In this document: positions 20,002 to 48,634 of the stretch, in pieces
How positions within the stretch are numbered: the stretch's first letter is position 1
How the letters are laid out: each line of letters starts with the position of its first letter
Source: Salpingoeca rosetta
Lineage: Eukaryota > Protista > Choanoflagellata
Assembly (NCBI GenBank): GCA_033442325.1
Contig: JAWQFM010000006.1
Coordinates: 1,441,124 to 1,505,123 of the forward strand
Reading direction: 5' to 3'
DNA: 64,000 nt
Position numbers and translations under genes: made by a program
The notes under the pieces: generated by a model
The model's input: only the letters and a program-made list of their open reading frames with translations
What the model was told of the DNA's origin: nothing
The model's database searches: none

Positions 20002-20483
20002 GTACACATGAACACTCACACTCCCATTCCCTTCTCACACGCACACTCTCTTACGTACTCACCACGTACATGCATCATCATTATGGCCGCCACCACCGTC
20101 AACAGCTATTCTGTGATCCTCAAGTGCTGGGCGCGCACACCAACGGTTCGGCCGACATTCAATCAACTCCTCTCCCTCCTCGTCGCTGCGGTAAGCCTTG
20201 TGTACTGAATGTGTTTGTGTGTGTTTGTGTGTGTATTGGAGAGCTGATGACATTTAGCCACCATCCCAACATATCTCGCCAACTCACATCCCCCACATGC
20301 ACATGTGTGCTTGTGTGCGTTGAGCAGCGATCCTCGGGTGCATCGCAGCAACAACAACAACAACAACAACAGCAGCAGCAGCAGCAGCACCAACACCAAC
20401 ACCAACAACAACAGCAGCAGCAGCAGAAGTTATCAGCTGTTGTTTACGACGTACCAATGGACGATGAGGAATCTCGTTTGTGA
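13389..20483 (+). CDS. Receptor tyrosine kinase: signal peptide, sushi-like/Cys-rich, LRRs, LDLa, Thr-rich and Cys-rich modules, TM, TK domain, polyQ tail ending [12 protein letters not shown]
   Basis: Signal [17 protein letters not shown]; LRRs ([30 protein letters not shown]); LDLa [17 protein letters not shown]; [27 protein letters not shown] (about 16855-16930); kinase [47 protein letters not shown] across many exons. Confidence 0.9.
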
Positions 20484-20835
20484 GGCGATGTCTACTCGTG
20501 CGAACAACCCCCATCCCATACTCCCGCGCACGTGCGCGTGTGCTTGTGCACTCCTCCAACAGCCTTGCTGTTCAAATTGCTGCCTTCACCACATCGTTTT
20601 GTTATTCACGGTCACACCACCACACAACCTGTGCGATGCACGCGTGTGTGTGCGCCACGTTGTTTGTGGCGTTCATCAAGCTTGATCGTTTTGCCCTTTG
20701 GCCCTTCAGCCCTTTGTTTGGCTACATTGTTCTCGCGTCTATTAGTTACAAATAAATGAACACAGACGGCCAACACAAGGTGGCAACTTGCTATAGCTCG
20801 TTCACACAAACATACTGCACAACACACACACACAC

Positions 20836-20888
<53 letters not shown>

Positions 20889-20959
20889 CAATGCATCTAA
20901 ACGGCTGCAACGATTCATTCGCTTGGTCTGTCGCCTATAACTCAACTAACCCCTCCATC

Positions 20960-29930
<8,971 letters not shown>

Positions 29931-29934
29931 CTTG

Positions 29935-30029
<95 letters not shown>

Positions 30030-30213
30030 CGGATGAGGGACAGCCAGGGACAGCCAGGGATAACCAGGGACAAAGGCACAGAGGGAGGGATTGTGCGTTA
30101 TCACACAGACAATATGTTTCAGTACATCTGCGTGCTTCAGGCTTATGTTGCAAACAACAACCACACAACATCCCCCCCACTCTCTCTTTCCTTCTTGCTT
30201 CCTTTCACCATAC

Positions 30214-31027
30214 CTGCTGGCCTGAGTCCATCAAGAAGCTCCCTGTAGAAGCGCCTGTCATCGTCCGTGCAGTATTCCCAGTCCTGCTCCTCAAACTTGA
30301 GGCCGTCCGAGAAGTAATAGTCGCCCTGGCGGTGGTTGAGCCCGTATGGGGTAAACGAGAGACGAGGGGAAGCGACGAGAGAGGGGGGGGTGTGGATGCT
30401 GTGAGCTTCGGGATGGAAAACAAGATACAGAGCAACAAACAAATCAACAAGAGGTGCCGCTCACGCTAACATTACACACACTCTTACACACACACATACA
30501 CACACATCACACACACACACGCACACACACACTCACTCACACACTTCCACTCACACTTACACACACAAAACAACGCACGCGTGCTGCGGTCTTGCCGGTG
30601 GCCCTGCCATGCTCCCAGGTTGCCTTGTATTGTGCACCGTTGGGGAACACCAGCGTCCCCTCACCATGAAACCTGCGGTGCACGGGACGGCAGATGGAAA
30701 ATGTCAGCCATGCAAGCATCTTGAAGCACTCATGATGACCCACAACAGCAGCAGTTGAAGCAATACCATCAGAAGCAATTTCATCAGCAAGCATTGGACG
30801 CCGGTTCTCAGCCACACAAACACATAAGCACACGCTACACACACAAGCCATTCATTCCATCGACTTACTCTCCGTCTACCATCTGGCCAATGTACTTGGT
30901 TCCATTGGGCAAAATGTATTCGCCATGGCCTTCCATCCTGTGTGTGAGGTGTGTGTGAGCGTGTGTGTGAGCGTGCGTGAGGGTGTGTGTGAGCGTGTGA
31001 GCGTGTGTGTGTGAGAGAGAGAGAGAG

Positions 31028-31059
<32 letters not shown>

Positions 31060-31355
31060 GAAGCGTGTGTGTGAGCGTGAACCTTGTCACAGCGCAAGCG
31101 CAACGCCTCTTCATCAACAACACGCCAAGCGAGCAACATCTCGCGCTCACTCACCGGCCATGCTTGAAGTCCCCTTCATATGAACTGCCTGAACGTTGTG
31201 TGTGAAACAAGCACGACAAAGCAAACGCACACACACACACACACACACAAACACACATATACGCAGCGATGAGGGCACAGTCAGATCAAATCGCACGCAC
31301 AGCAAGCTGAGCATCGCATGAGCCCATCACATGAGCACCAACCTGTGTACTCCAT
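30214..31355 (-). CDS. MORN5: MORN repeat-containing protein 5 homolog; C-terminal exons missing (exons 31355-31343, 31188-31155, 30937-30869, 30672-about 30579, 30325-30214)
   Basis: Spliced [63 protein letters not shown]...GDYYFSDGLKFEEQDWEYCTDDDRRFYRELLDGLRPAG, closely matching MORN5 as recalled. Confidence 0.88.
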
Positions 31356-31581
31356 TCTCGCTGTTCCTTCTGTCTGTTCCTTTGCTTCTCGTCCCTTGGA
31401 AACGCTGAAAATTGTTAACGACTTCCGTGAACATTCAGCAATCGCCGCCAAACACCTCAACAACTCCAACAACTCTTCTGCTGCTTTGCTTGTTGCTTGT
31501 CCCAACATCTCACCGCTGTCTCTCTCTCTTGCCGTCTCGCGTCAGTCGACGGGTGTGCACCTCTTTGAGCAGCAGCCCATC
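31356..31581. promoter_or_regulatory. Putative bidirectional promoter between MORN5 and CFAP69 with RFX X-box-like elements
   Basis: Divergent ATGs 226 bp apart; GTCCCTTGGAAAC at 31391-31403 and GTTGCTTGTCCCAAC at 31492-31506 are imperfect X-box-like palindromes. Confidence 0.4.
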
Positions 31582-33319
31582 ATGGACGCCGCACCTCCAA
31601 TGACGTGAGTTCAACACTGCCAAGTGATCGCATCGTGTCTTGACAAGCAACAAGCAATTATACATTCCTACACAAGCAAGCGCACATGCCTGTCAATGTC
31701 GCACAGCACGACGCTCACAACAACAACACACACAACGTCAGTCAATGACCATCTTGTCTAACGAATGTCCACCATGTCTGCCGTCCCCATCCCCCTCTTC
31801 CCCTACCAAATACACACATAACGCACACACGCGCGCGCGCAGTCGCAGTCAGAGCGAGTCGTTGGCGTCCAGCATGAAGAAGCAAATGCCACAGTTTCCC
31901 CACCCCAACACGGTGATTCGAGATGCAGGAGCGCAATCAACATCGGCGACCACAGCAACAGCAGGAACAACAGCGGCTTCCCTTGGCGCCTCGACGCGAA
32001 AGATGCCTGTGCCACCTCCCATCCCGCTCTCCTCGTCAACTTCCTCTCGCACGTCAACCCTGAAGCGGCGGGTCTTTGCCGTTTCAACCGACTCGTCACA
32101 GCAGCAAGACACGAAACAACAGACGCCCCCGCCGCCGGCTGTTACCCAAGACCAGCAAACGGGTGCAACCAACGACGTGGCCAAGCTGTACAAGCTCCTG
32201 ACTGGCAAGCACTCGCAGGCCCTTGAGGAACGCCACGACCATGCGCTGCGCAAGGTCCTGAAGCGCCGCCCTGACGGCTACATCGTGGAAGACCTGCAGC
32301 CGCTCCCGCTCGTGTTGGAGGACCTTGCTGCGCGTGCGCAGGCCAACCCGACCTCTTCATATGCACAGCACCTCGTGCACATGCTCGAGCTGCTGGTCAA
32401 GCCCATCGACTTTGCAGACCTCGCAGACCAGCGTGACCTGAACGAGGCGGAGAAGCACCTGGCAGCCGTGGTCTCCGCCGTCACCGCCCTCCTCAACAGC
32501 GCGACGTCCACCGTGCTTGCCACGGCCATCTTCGTGCTGGACCACCTCGTGGCCGCGCAGATCTCGGCAAAGCGCAACCGCGTCTCCGCGGGTGGCGTTG
32601 CTCGCGCGTGGCAGGACGTTGAGATTCGCGTGGTGGAGCAGAGCCGCATTGCTGCCAGCCTCCGCCGCCCGCTCGAGATGATGCTTGCAGGCACTGACGA
32701 CAACACAGGCAGGCGTGGCTCGCGCAGCAGAACCGACACCACCGCCAACAAAGGGCGGCACCAGCAACAGCAACAACAACAGCACAACGACGCAGACACA
32801 GCAACAGCATCACACCGGCGCTCACACCCGCACGTGCAAGGCAGCAGCAGGTCGCCGCGCGCGTGTGAGCTTGACAACGAAACCCAGGGGCGGCTGCTGT
32901 CTGTGGCGTGGGGCTGCTCAACGCTGCCGCCACAGCAGCACCAGATGGTGAAGGAAGGGCTCCCACGCACGCTGTGCCTCATCCTGGGGAGCCCGCACTG
33001 CGATGTGAACTCGCAGGAGGGCCTGCTCATCATTGAAATGCTGTGGAACTGCATGGAGGGGCCAGACAAGGCGGATGTGGTTGCGTTGCTGGACTCGTCC
33101 AAGTGCACGCAGGCGCTGACGGACGGCCTTCGCGCCGCGTTCCAACGGGGCGATTCAAAGGCAATGAAGCAAGCGAGGAACGACCTCATTGCCCTCATTG
33201 CCCTCTTCACCAGACAGCCCTCTCTTCGCGACAACCTCGTGGTGTGTGCGGATGCGTGTGTGTTTGTTTGTTTGTATGTGTGTGTGTGTGTGCGTGTCTG
33301 TGGTGTGTGTGTGTTATGG

Positions 33320-33356
<37 letters not shown>

Positions 33357-34009
33357 TGTTATGGGTTCGTATGCGCTCCTGAGTGCGTGCGTGTGTGTGT
33401 GTCTGTCTGTCTGTCTGTCTGCCGTGCTGCGTATGTGTGCATGTTTGTTTGTGTGTTTGTGTGCATGTATGTACGTGTGCCTGTTTGCCCGCATAAGTGT
33501 GCCGCTCGCTTCATGCATGCATGCATGCACTCATGCTGCTGTACATGTGTCCCCCTTCCCAACCTCGACACTGCCCCGTCCCCACCACCACCCCCATGTC
33601 CCATAGACGGGCCACACGTTTGAGTTTATGCTGCGGTTTGCGTGCTGCGGCGACGTTCCCACGCGCCACCCAGACTGCCGCTCCCTGCGCCTGAACAACA
33701 GCGATGAGGACTTTGAGGCCTTGAAGCTCCTCCTCACCTCCATCGTGCCGCTGCTGCGCGATCCAAACGCGCGCGAGGTGATTCAGGCATCCAACATTGT
33801 GCCGCTGTGCCTCAAGTACATGCAGTATGACCAGGATGCAGACCTCTCGCTGGCTGCACAGCATAGGCCCTCGCCAATGAAGAGGAAAACAGAGGGGGCC
33901 GCCCCAACAACAGCAGCACCCCGCCCGCGCAACTGGACAGCTTCACAGTACGTCGTTGCTGCTGTGTGGGCACGAGGGTGGGCGCGTGTGGTGTTTGATG
34001 TGTTTGTGC

Positions 34010-34064
<55 letters not shown>

Positions 34065-34808
34065 TGCATGCGTGTGCGTGTGTGTGTGTTTGATGTGTGC
34101 GTGTGCGTGCGTGTGTGTGTGTGTGTGTGTGCGCGCGCGCGTGCGTGCGTGTTTTGTGGGCGTGCGTTTGCATGTGCTTTAAACAATGATTCACAACCAA
34201 TGTTCACTCACATTCACACACATTCAACCGCGCACCAACACACACACACACACAATCGCACACCAACACAGGTATGAGGAGCTGCAGCTGCTTGTGCTGT
34301 CCATTCTTCCATCACTGCTGCCTGCCATCCTGCCTGACTTCAGCATGGAGGACGGTGCAGCCACGCTTGTGCGCATGCTCAACTGGGCACTCAACACAGG
34401 CATTGACGCCTCCCGCCACCACCGCACAAAGAAAATTCAGGGCGCTGCCAACAGCTTTCTCGCCACGCAGGACTTTAGCGTGCACAGGCACGAGCAGGAC
34501 CCGACCGACGCCAGCGTCAACAACGGCAAGCGCGTGCACACGCTGCACATTATGAAGGCAATTGAGGTGCTGTTTGCGGACAGCGGTGTGAGTGGTGTTG
34601 GTGGTGCACACTCGCGTGGTGGAAGTCAGTCGACCAGTACCAACGACAGCATTGACGGTGGGCTGGCGCGCTCGGAGAGCACCGAGGTGAAGCACAGCAA
34701 TGGTGGTGGTGGTGGTGGCGATCATGAGCACGATGACGATGACGATGATGACGAGCGGCTCAAGCAAGAACTTCAACAGCAGCTGCTTGACGAGGTGCGT
34801 GTGTGTAT

Positions 34809-34853
<45 letters not shown>

Positions 34854-35283
34854 TTGCATGTATGTGGGGGAGGCTGTGTGCTTGTGTGTGTGGGGGGGGG
34901 CTGTGTGCTTGTGTGTGGTTGCACGTGTGTGTGATTGTGTGATTGTGTTATTGTGCTCTGTGCCTATGTCTGTGTGCCTGTGCTTGTGTCTGTGTGCCTG
35001 TGTGGTTGCACGTGTGTGCATGCACATTGTGTTGCTGTTCATTCATGGCTTCTTCTGCTGATGACATATTGTCTGTTCCACGCTGTCTGCCTCACTCTCT
35101 GGCCACCACTGCTGTTCTCATCGTTCGCGCGTTCAGGGCCTGCTGTCGCTCCTGCTGACATATCTGTCCGTGTTCTCGCCGACAATGGACGATATGGTGC
35201 TCATCCTCAAGACACACGCGTGGCGCCTGTGCTCCCTCCTCTGCACAGACCGTCAGCAGGCACAGGTAGCACTGAAAGAAAAG

Positions 35284-35364
<81 letters not shown>

Positions 35365-36141
35365 GCTGGTGGTTATTCCTCGCCCATCGCGCCCAACTAC
35401 AGATCACTGCGACCTTCGCCCACACCTGCCTTCCTTTCCCGTCCCTGTCTGCTCACGTCCTGCACGCATGTGTGTGTGTGTGTGAAATTAGGACCAGTTC
35501 CACCCTGCGGGCGGCGTGGAGACGGTACTGTCATATCTCAAGCTCGACCTCGCGAGCGTGTGCGCAGACGAAGAAAACCACAACCTCATGCTGGCCACGC
35601 TGGACGCCTGCTGGTCAGTCGCGCATTGTATGTGAGGGGGGGGGGCCGCTGTGTTTGCTTGTGTGCTTGGTTCTTACACCACCGTCATTGTTATCATCCC
35701 CCTCATTCCTCGACACACACACTCCATGTACGTAATCAACATGTACGCAATCAACATGGACGTAATCAACATGGACGCAATCAACATGGACGTAATCAAC
35801 ATGGACACAATCCACCCTCCCCCTTCAACTGCAGGAGCTGCGTTGTGCCGTGTGAGGCGGCTCGGGCGCTGTTTCTCAAGTCCGAGGGCGTGTATGTGCT
35901 GCTGGACATCCTCGAGGGCAGCCCAGACTCGCTCCTCAACATTGTCCTCGGCATCCTCACCGACCTTGCAGAGCACCCGCATGTCACCAAGCACATGACA
36001 CACTGGTCTGGCCGGCAGCACGCCAGCGTCGTTGCGCTGCTGGTTGCGCTGTGGGAGAAGGAGTGCACGCGTCTTGGCTGCCCGACGCGATTCTCGGCCG
36101 TCTCAGATACACAGCCCTTCCCGCTCCAGGCACGTCTCGTG

Positions 36142-36228
<87 letters not shown>

Positions 36229-37476
36229 TTGATGGCGTGAACGTGCCTGTGCTGTGTGTGTGTGTGTGCTGACCTGTGGAAGGAAGCGCCTTGTGTCAGT
36301 TATCTCTATGGTGATGTCTGCTCGACACCAGTTTTCACACACACACACACACACACAATCAACACAATCAACGCTTCTGGCCACAGGCGCACGACCATCC
36401 TGGCTCTGCTGTTGCCAATGTGTATGCAAATCTTCTCGGGAAAATCTACAGCCTGCTGTCCTTCATTGGCTTTGATCTCGCCTACGATATTGCCCGCCCA
36501 GCAGAGAAGGTGCGTGCATGCGCGCGCGTGTGCATATGTGTGTGCAGGTGTGCGTGTGACTGCGTGTGCGTGTGTGTGTGTGTGTGTGCGCGTGTGTGTG
36601 TATGTGTGTGTTTGGGTGTCGGAATGGACTCACAGGCTTGCTCACCTTTGCGTGCCTGTGCTGTGCTTGTGTTCCAGGCGACGCTGGTTGTGATTGAGCA
36701 ATACCTCAACCTAAAGTCGGGCGAAGTGTGGCACGAAATTGCCGAAGAGCTCAAGCACGAGGGCATCCAGCCAGTCGAGGTGGATGTGATGCTGATGCTG
36801 CTCGTGCTGCTTGTTCTTGTTGCTACTCTCTCAGTCTTTCCTTGGTTCTTGTTCTTGTTCTTGGTGCTGCGTTGTGTGGTGTATGAGCTGTGATGTGAGC
36901 TGTGATGTGAGCTGTGACACACGCCGAAGCAGCGCACTTACACTATCCCCACCCCCACCCCTCCGTAATAAATCCTCGCTCACCCCAACGCCTTCTGCCT
37001 GCGTTTGCGTTCAGCACGATGAGGAGTGCCTGCGCTTGGCCAACCTCTCCAACCTCGAGACCATCCAAGGCATTGCAGAGCGACAGGAGGAGGCCCTTCA
37101 CGAGGAGGTTTGTGTGTGTGTGTGTGTGTGTGTTTGTTTGTCTGTTCCGTCCTGTGCACCCCAGCCAGCTCACTCGCTCTCTTTCTGCCCGTTGACTCGT
37201 GCCAGGCCCAGCAAACACGTCATGAAGAGCAAAAGGCGTTTGCTACGGTACGTGTGGTTATGTGAAGTCCAGCGTTTGAAAAGCAACAACCACCACGCTT
37301 GCTGGAGCTGCTGCACGTTCACCTGCCGCGCCACACAAATGCACCACAAACTCATGCTCCAATCTCCGCAACTGTTTATCCCCCAATGCCCGCAGTTGAG
37401 GCAGTCTGTGCGATTGGCGGACGCGCTTGCACAGGAGGAGCAAGCATTCGTGCAGTCCACGTCAGGCTATGCGTGA
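31582..37476 (+). CDS. CFAP69: Cilia- and flagella-associated protein 69 (ARM-repeat)
   Basis: Exon 31582-31604 splices in phase to 31843. Motifs [72 protein letters not shown] and [17 protein letters not shown] match CFAP69; stop at 37474-37476. Confidence 0.88.
35726..35810. repeat. Intronic 15-bp minisatellite CATG(T/G)ACG(T/C)AATCAA, about 5.5 copies (duplicated at about 37838-37923)
   Basis: Directly visible tandem units. Confidence 0.9.
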
Positions 37477-37640
37477 CACAAGCGGGTGGTGATGCGTAAT
37501 GGTGGATGATGATGATGGCTGGTGATGGTTGCTGGCCGGGTTGTGATTGAGAAAGAGCGCCTGCGAGGGATGTCATGCTTATGTGTGTGTGTAGCTGCGT
37601 CTGAGCTTGCATGCACATGTACAACATAAACGATTGCTTT

Positions 37641-38254
37641 CTGTCATATCTCAAGCTCGACCTCGCGAGCGTGTGCGCAGACGAAGAAAACCACAACCTC
37701 ATGCTGGCCACGCTGGACGCCTGCTGGTCAGTCGCGCATTGTATGTGAGGGGGGGGGGCCGCTGTGTTTGCTTGTGTGCTTGGTTCTTACACCACCGTCA
37801 TTGTTATCATCCCCCTCATTCCTCGACACACACACTCCATGTACGTAATCAACATGTACGCAATCAACATGGACGTAATCAACATGGACGCAATCAACAT
37901 GGACGTAATCAACATGGACACAATCCACCCTCCCCCTTCAACTGCAGGAGCTGCGTTGTGCCGTGTGAGGCGGCTCGGGCGCTGTTTCTCAAGTCCGAGG
38001 GCGTGTATGTGCTGCTGGACATCCTCGAGGGCAGCCCAGACTCGCTCCTCAACATTGTCCTCGGCATCCTCACCGACCTTGCAGAGCACCCGCATGTCAC
38101 CAAGCACATGACACACTGGTCTGGCCGGCAGCACGCCAGCGTCGTTGCGCTGCTGGTTGCGCTGTGGGAGAAGGAGTGCACGCGTCTTGGCTGCCCGACG
38201 CGATTCTCGGCCGTCTCAGATACACAGCCCTTCCCGCTCCAGGCACGTCTCGTG

Positions 38255-38344
<90 letters not shown>

Positions 38345-38754
38345 TGATGGCGTGAACGTGCCTGTGGCGTGAACGTGCCTGTGCTGTGTGTGTGTGTGTG
38401 CTGACCTGTGAAGGAAGCACCTTGTGTCAGTTACCTGCCGCGCCACACAAATGCACCACAAACTCATGCTCCAATCTCCGCAACTGTTTATCCCCCAATG
38501 CCCGCAGTTGAGGCAGTCTGTGCGATTGGCGGACGCGCTTGCACAGGAGGAGCAAGCATTCGTGCAGTCCACGTCAGGCTATGCGTGACACAAGCGGGTG
38601 GTGATGCGTAATGGTGGATGATGATGATGGCTGGTGATGGTTGCTGGCCGGGTTGTGATTGAGAAAGAGCGCCTGCGAGGGATGTCATGCTTATGTGTGT
38701 GTGTAGCTGCCGTCTGAGCTTGCATGCACATGTACAACATAAACGATTGCTTTC
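37641..38754 (+). pseudogene. Partial duplicate of CFAP69 (copy of about 35528-36302 fused to a copy of about 37321-37641); real remnant or assembly artefact
   Basis: Near-identical repeated sequence with a few small differences; starts mid-exon and lacks about 1 kb of internal sequence. Confidence 0.7.
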
Positions 38755-38844
38755 GAAGTAGAAGTAGAGTGAAGGTGTGGCAGGAAGGAATGGGTGGATG
38801 AAAGATGGGGGGGAGCCGCACACGCGCACGCACACGCACACACA

Positions 38845-38958
<114 letters not shown>

Positions 38959-39098
38959 GACACACACACACACACACACACGCACACACACACACACACA
39001 CACAGCTGGTTTGAAATTTTCGCGGCTGCGGTACACAAGCAACAACGAAGATGAGCGAAGGCGCAAGACGAAAGCACCGCCTTGACCACCACCGACAG

Positions 39099-46339
<7,241 letters not shown>

Positions 46340-46644
46340 TATTTGAGGGAGGGGAGGATGGATGAAGACCTGTGTCTGTGTGTGTGTGTGCGCGCGTCAG
46401 TTAGCTTAGAACCTTTGTTTTGCTCTGCCCAGCACGACTGCTCTATCTGTATGAATGTGCGTGGAGTTGCTCTGTGCTGATGGGTTCGTTGTACATACAA
46501 GACCCCTGCAGTGGCGAGCGCCGCTGCGCAGGCGTACACGAAAGACCTTGCACGTTCATGCTTACTTTCCAAACACGAAGAAAGGAAGTGTGGGAACCTC
46601 TTGGTCAGTCAGCGGGGCACTCTTCCGCGTGGAAACTCCGAGAG

Positions 46645-47231
46645 ATGAATCGGCAGCGCTGTCCGCACAGTACCGCCTTCCTCGTCGCATTCCTGGTGCT
46701 GGTGACGGCGGTGGCACTGGCTTTGGGCGAACCAGTTCGACCTGCTCCTGATCACGCACGCTCTGTAGCAGTGCAGCACTTGCAGCTGGCGGACTTCTTC
46801 TCCCCAACAGCCACGACATGGACAACAACAGCAAGAACGACAACCAGTCCTTCTGATAGCAGTACTCCGCCACCTCTTCCCCCTCTCAACCGGACAGCCT
46901 TCTTTGAGGAAGTGTATCAGCACGACACGTTGATTGCACGGGATGCCACATCTGCACGCCTGCGATCCCTGACACGGCCACTCGGACAAGTGCAAGAGCT
47001 GTGCCACGCCTTTGACCAGCAAGACAAGCAGAGCGGCGGCTTCCATGTGAGTGACATGAACGTGAAATGCATGGCATCTTGGTGCCTGTCCTTCGCCTGT
47101 CTTGTCTGCTGCTGTTGTTCGTTCAGCGAGCAGAACCCTGGGTGTGGTGGGAGAAGGGCATTGGAGGAGAAGGTTGAGATGATGATCCCTTGCCTGCAAG
47201 CAAGCGTTGTCAGCTGCCTTGCCGCTTGCAG

Positions 47232-47281
<50 letters not shown>

Positions 47282-48230
47282 TCACGCGCACGCACGCACA
47301 TTCACACAAACACGCACACGCACACACGATCCACAGATCAAGGAGCAAGGCGAGACGCGGCAGGTGTCGTCGTGCAAGCAGATGGAGGACGAGCTGGCTG
47401 CCGGCGCGGGTTTGCTCATCCGCTACGAGGACCTCGTGGACTCCCCCGCCCAGGACCACGTCAAGCAGCTGCAGGACGGCGTGCGCGACGTGTTTGGCAC
47501 AGAGTCCACGGTCCACCTGTACCACGCCACGCAGAACGAGTCGCGCGCCCTCATGCCGCACACAGACCCTTACGACGTCCTTGTCATCCAGCTCCACGGC
47601 TCAAAGCGCTGGACAACCTGCATCCCAGACGCATACGTCTCCGACACCGACACCAACAACGACGGAAGCGACACCAACAAAGAGGACGACGACAGCACCA
47701 ACACCGGCACTGGCGACCACGGTGCTTCTGCTTCTGCTTCTGCGTCGTCGTCTTCCTTCCCAAGCCGCCATGGCACACGCGCACGCCCAAGCGAGGCAGA
47801 GACCATCAAGCACTTCAGCCCTGCGCAGCTGGGCCAGCTGCAGGAGATCCGGCGCCAGAGGCAGCAGGGGTGCACGGCGTACCAGGACGCAGACCTGCGT
47901 GGCATGCGCTGCAACGAGTTCACGCTGCGTGCCGGCGACACCATGTACATGCCCAAGGGCATCATCCACTTTGCGCTGTCGGGCGAGGAGGGCTCGTCAC
48001 ATCTCACCATCTCGCTGGAGCGCAAGGGCCTGGCGTGGGCCGATGCGCTCATGCACGCGGCGCTCTCTGGCTCGGACATTGTGAACAACCCGGCGTTCCT
48101 TGGCCACTGGAAGAACACGGTGCAGTCGCTCATCAGCGACTACCGCGGCGTGCAGCTGCTGGAGGCCATGCCATCCTGGCACCTCAACACGGGTGCGCTG
48201 TGTGCAGCGCGTGGACAGGAACAACAACAA

Positions 48231-48262
<32 letters not shown>

Positions 48263-48587
48263 TGGCGATGGCAGTGCAGCTGGCGGTGAGCGTGATGAGG
48301 CGAAGGCGTTTGTGGCGTCGTTCCAGTCGCTGTGTCGCGAAGTTGGACCCGATGTGCTTGAGACGTACACCAAGGCGAACAACGTAGACGCGTTCCTGAA
48401 TGCAGACGGCATTGGCGCGCTTGTTGAGCGCGTGTGCAGCGAGGAGTCGGCCGCCGCTGTTGTGGAGCAGCTGTGCGCACGCGGCAAAATGCCCGTGGAC
48501 GTGACGTCGCCCCGCTTCCACAAAGCAGCACTCGCGGTCAGTATGCTCATTGCGCTTGCGTATTGTGGTGATGTGTTTGCGAGTGGC

Positions 48588-48634
<47 letters not shown>

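Noticed and set aside
35726-35810. Short regular repeats as a possible CRISPR array
   Set aside because: Head-to-tail 15-bp units with no spacers, intronic and eukaryotic; this is a minisatellite.
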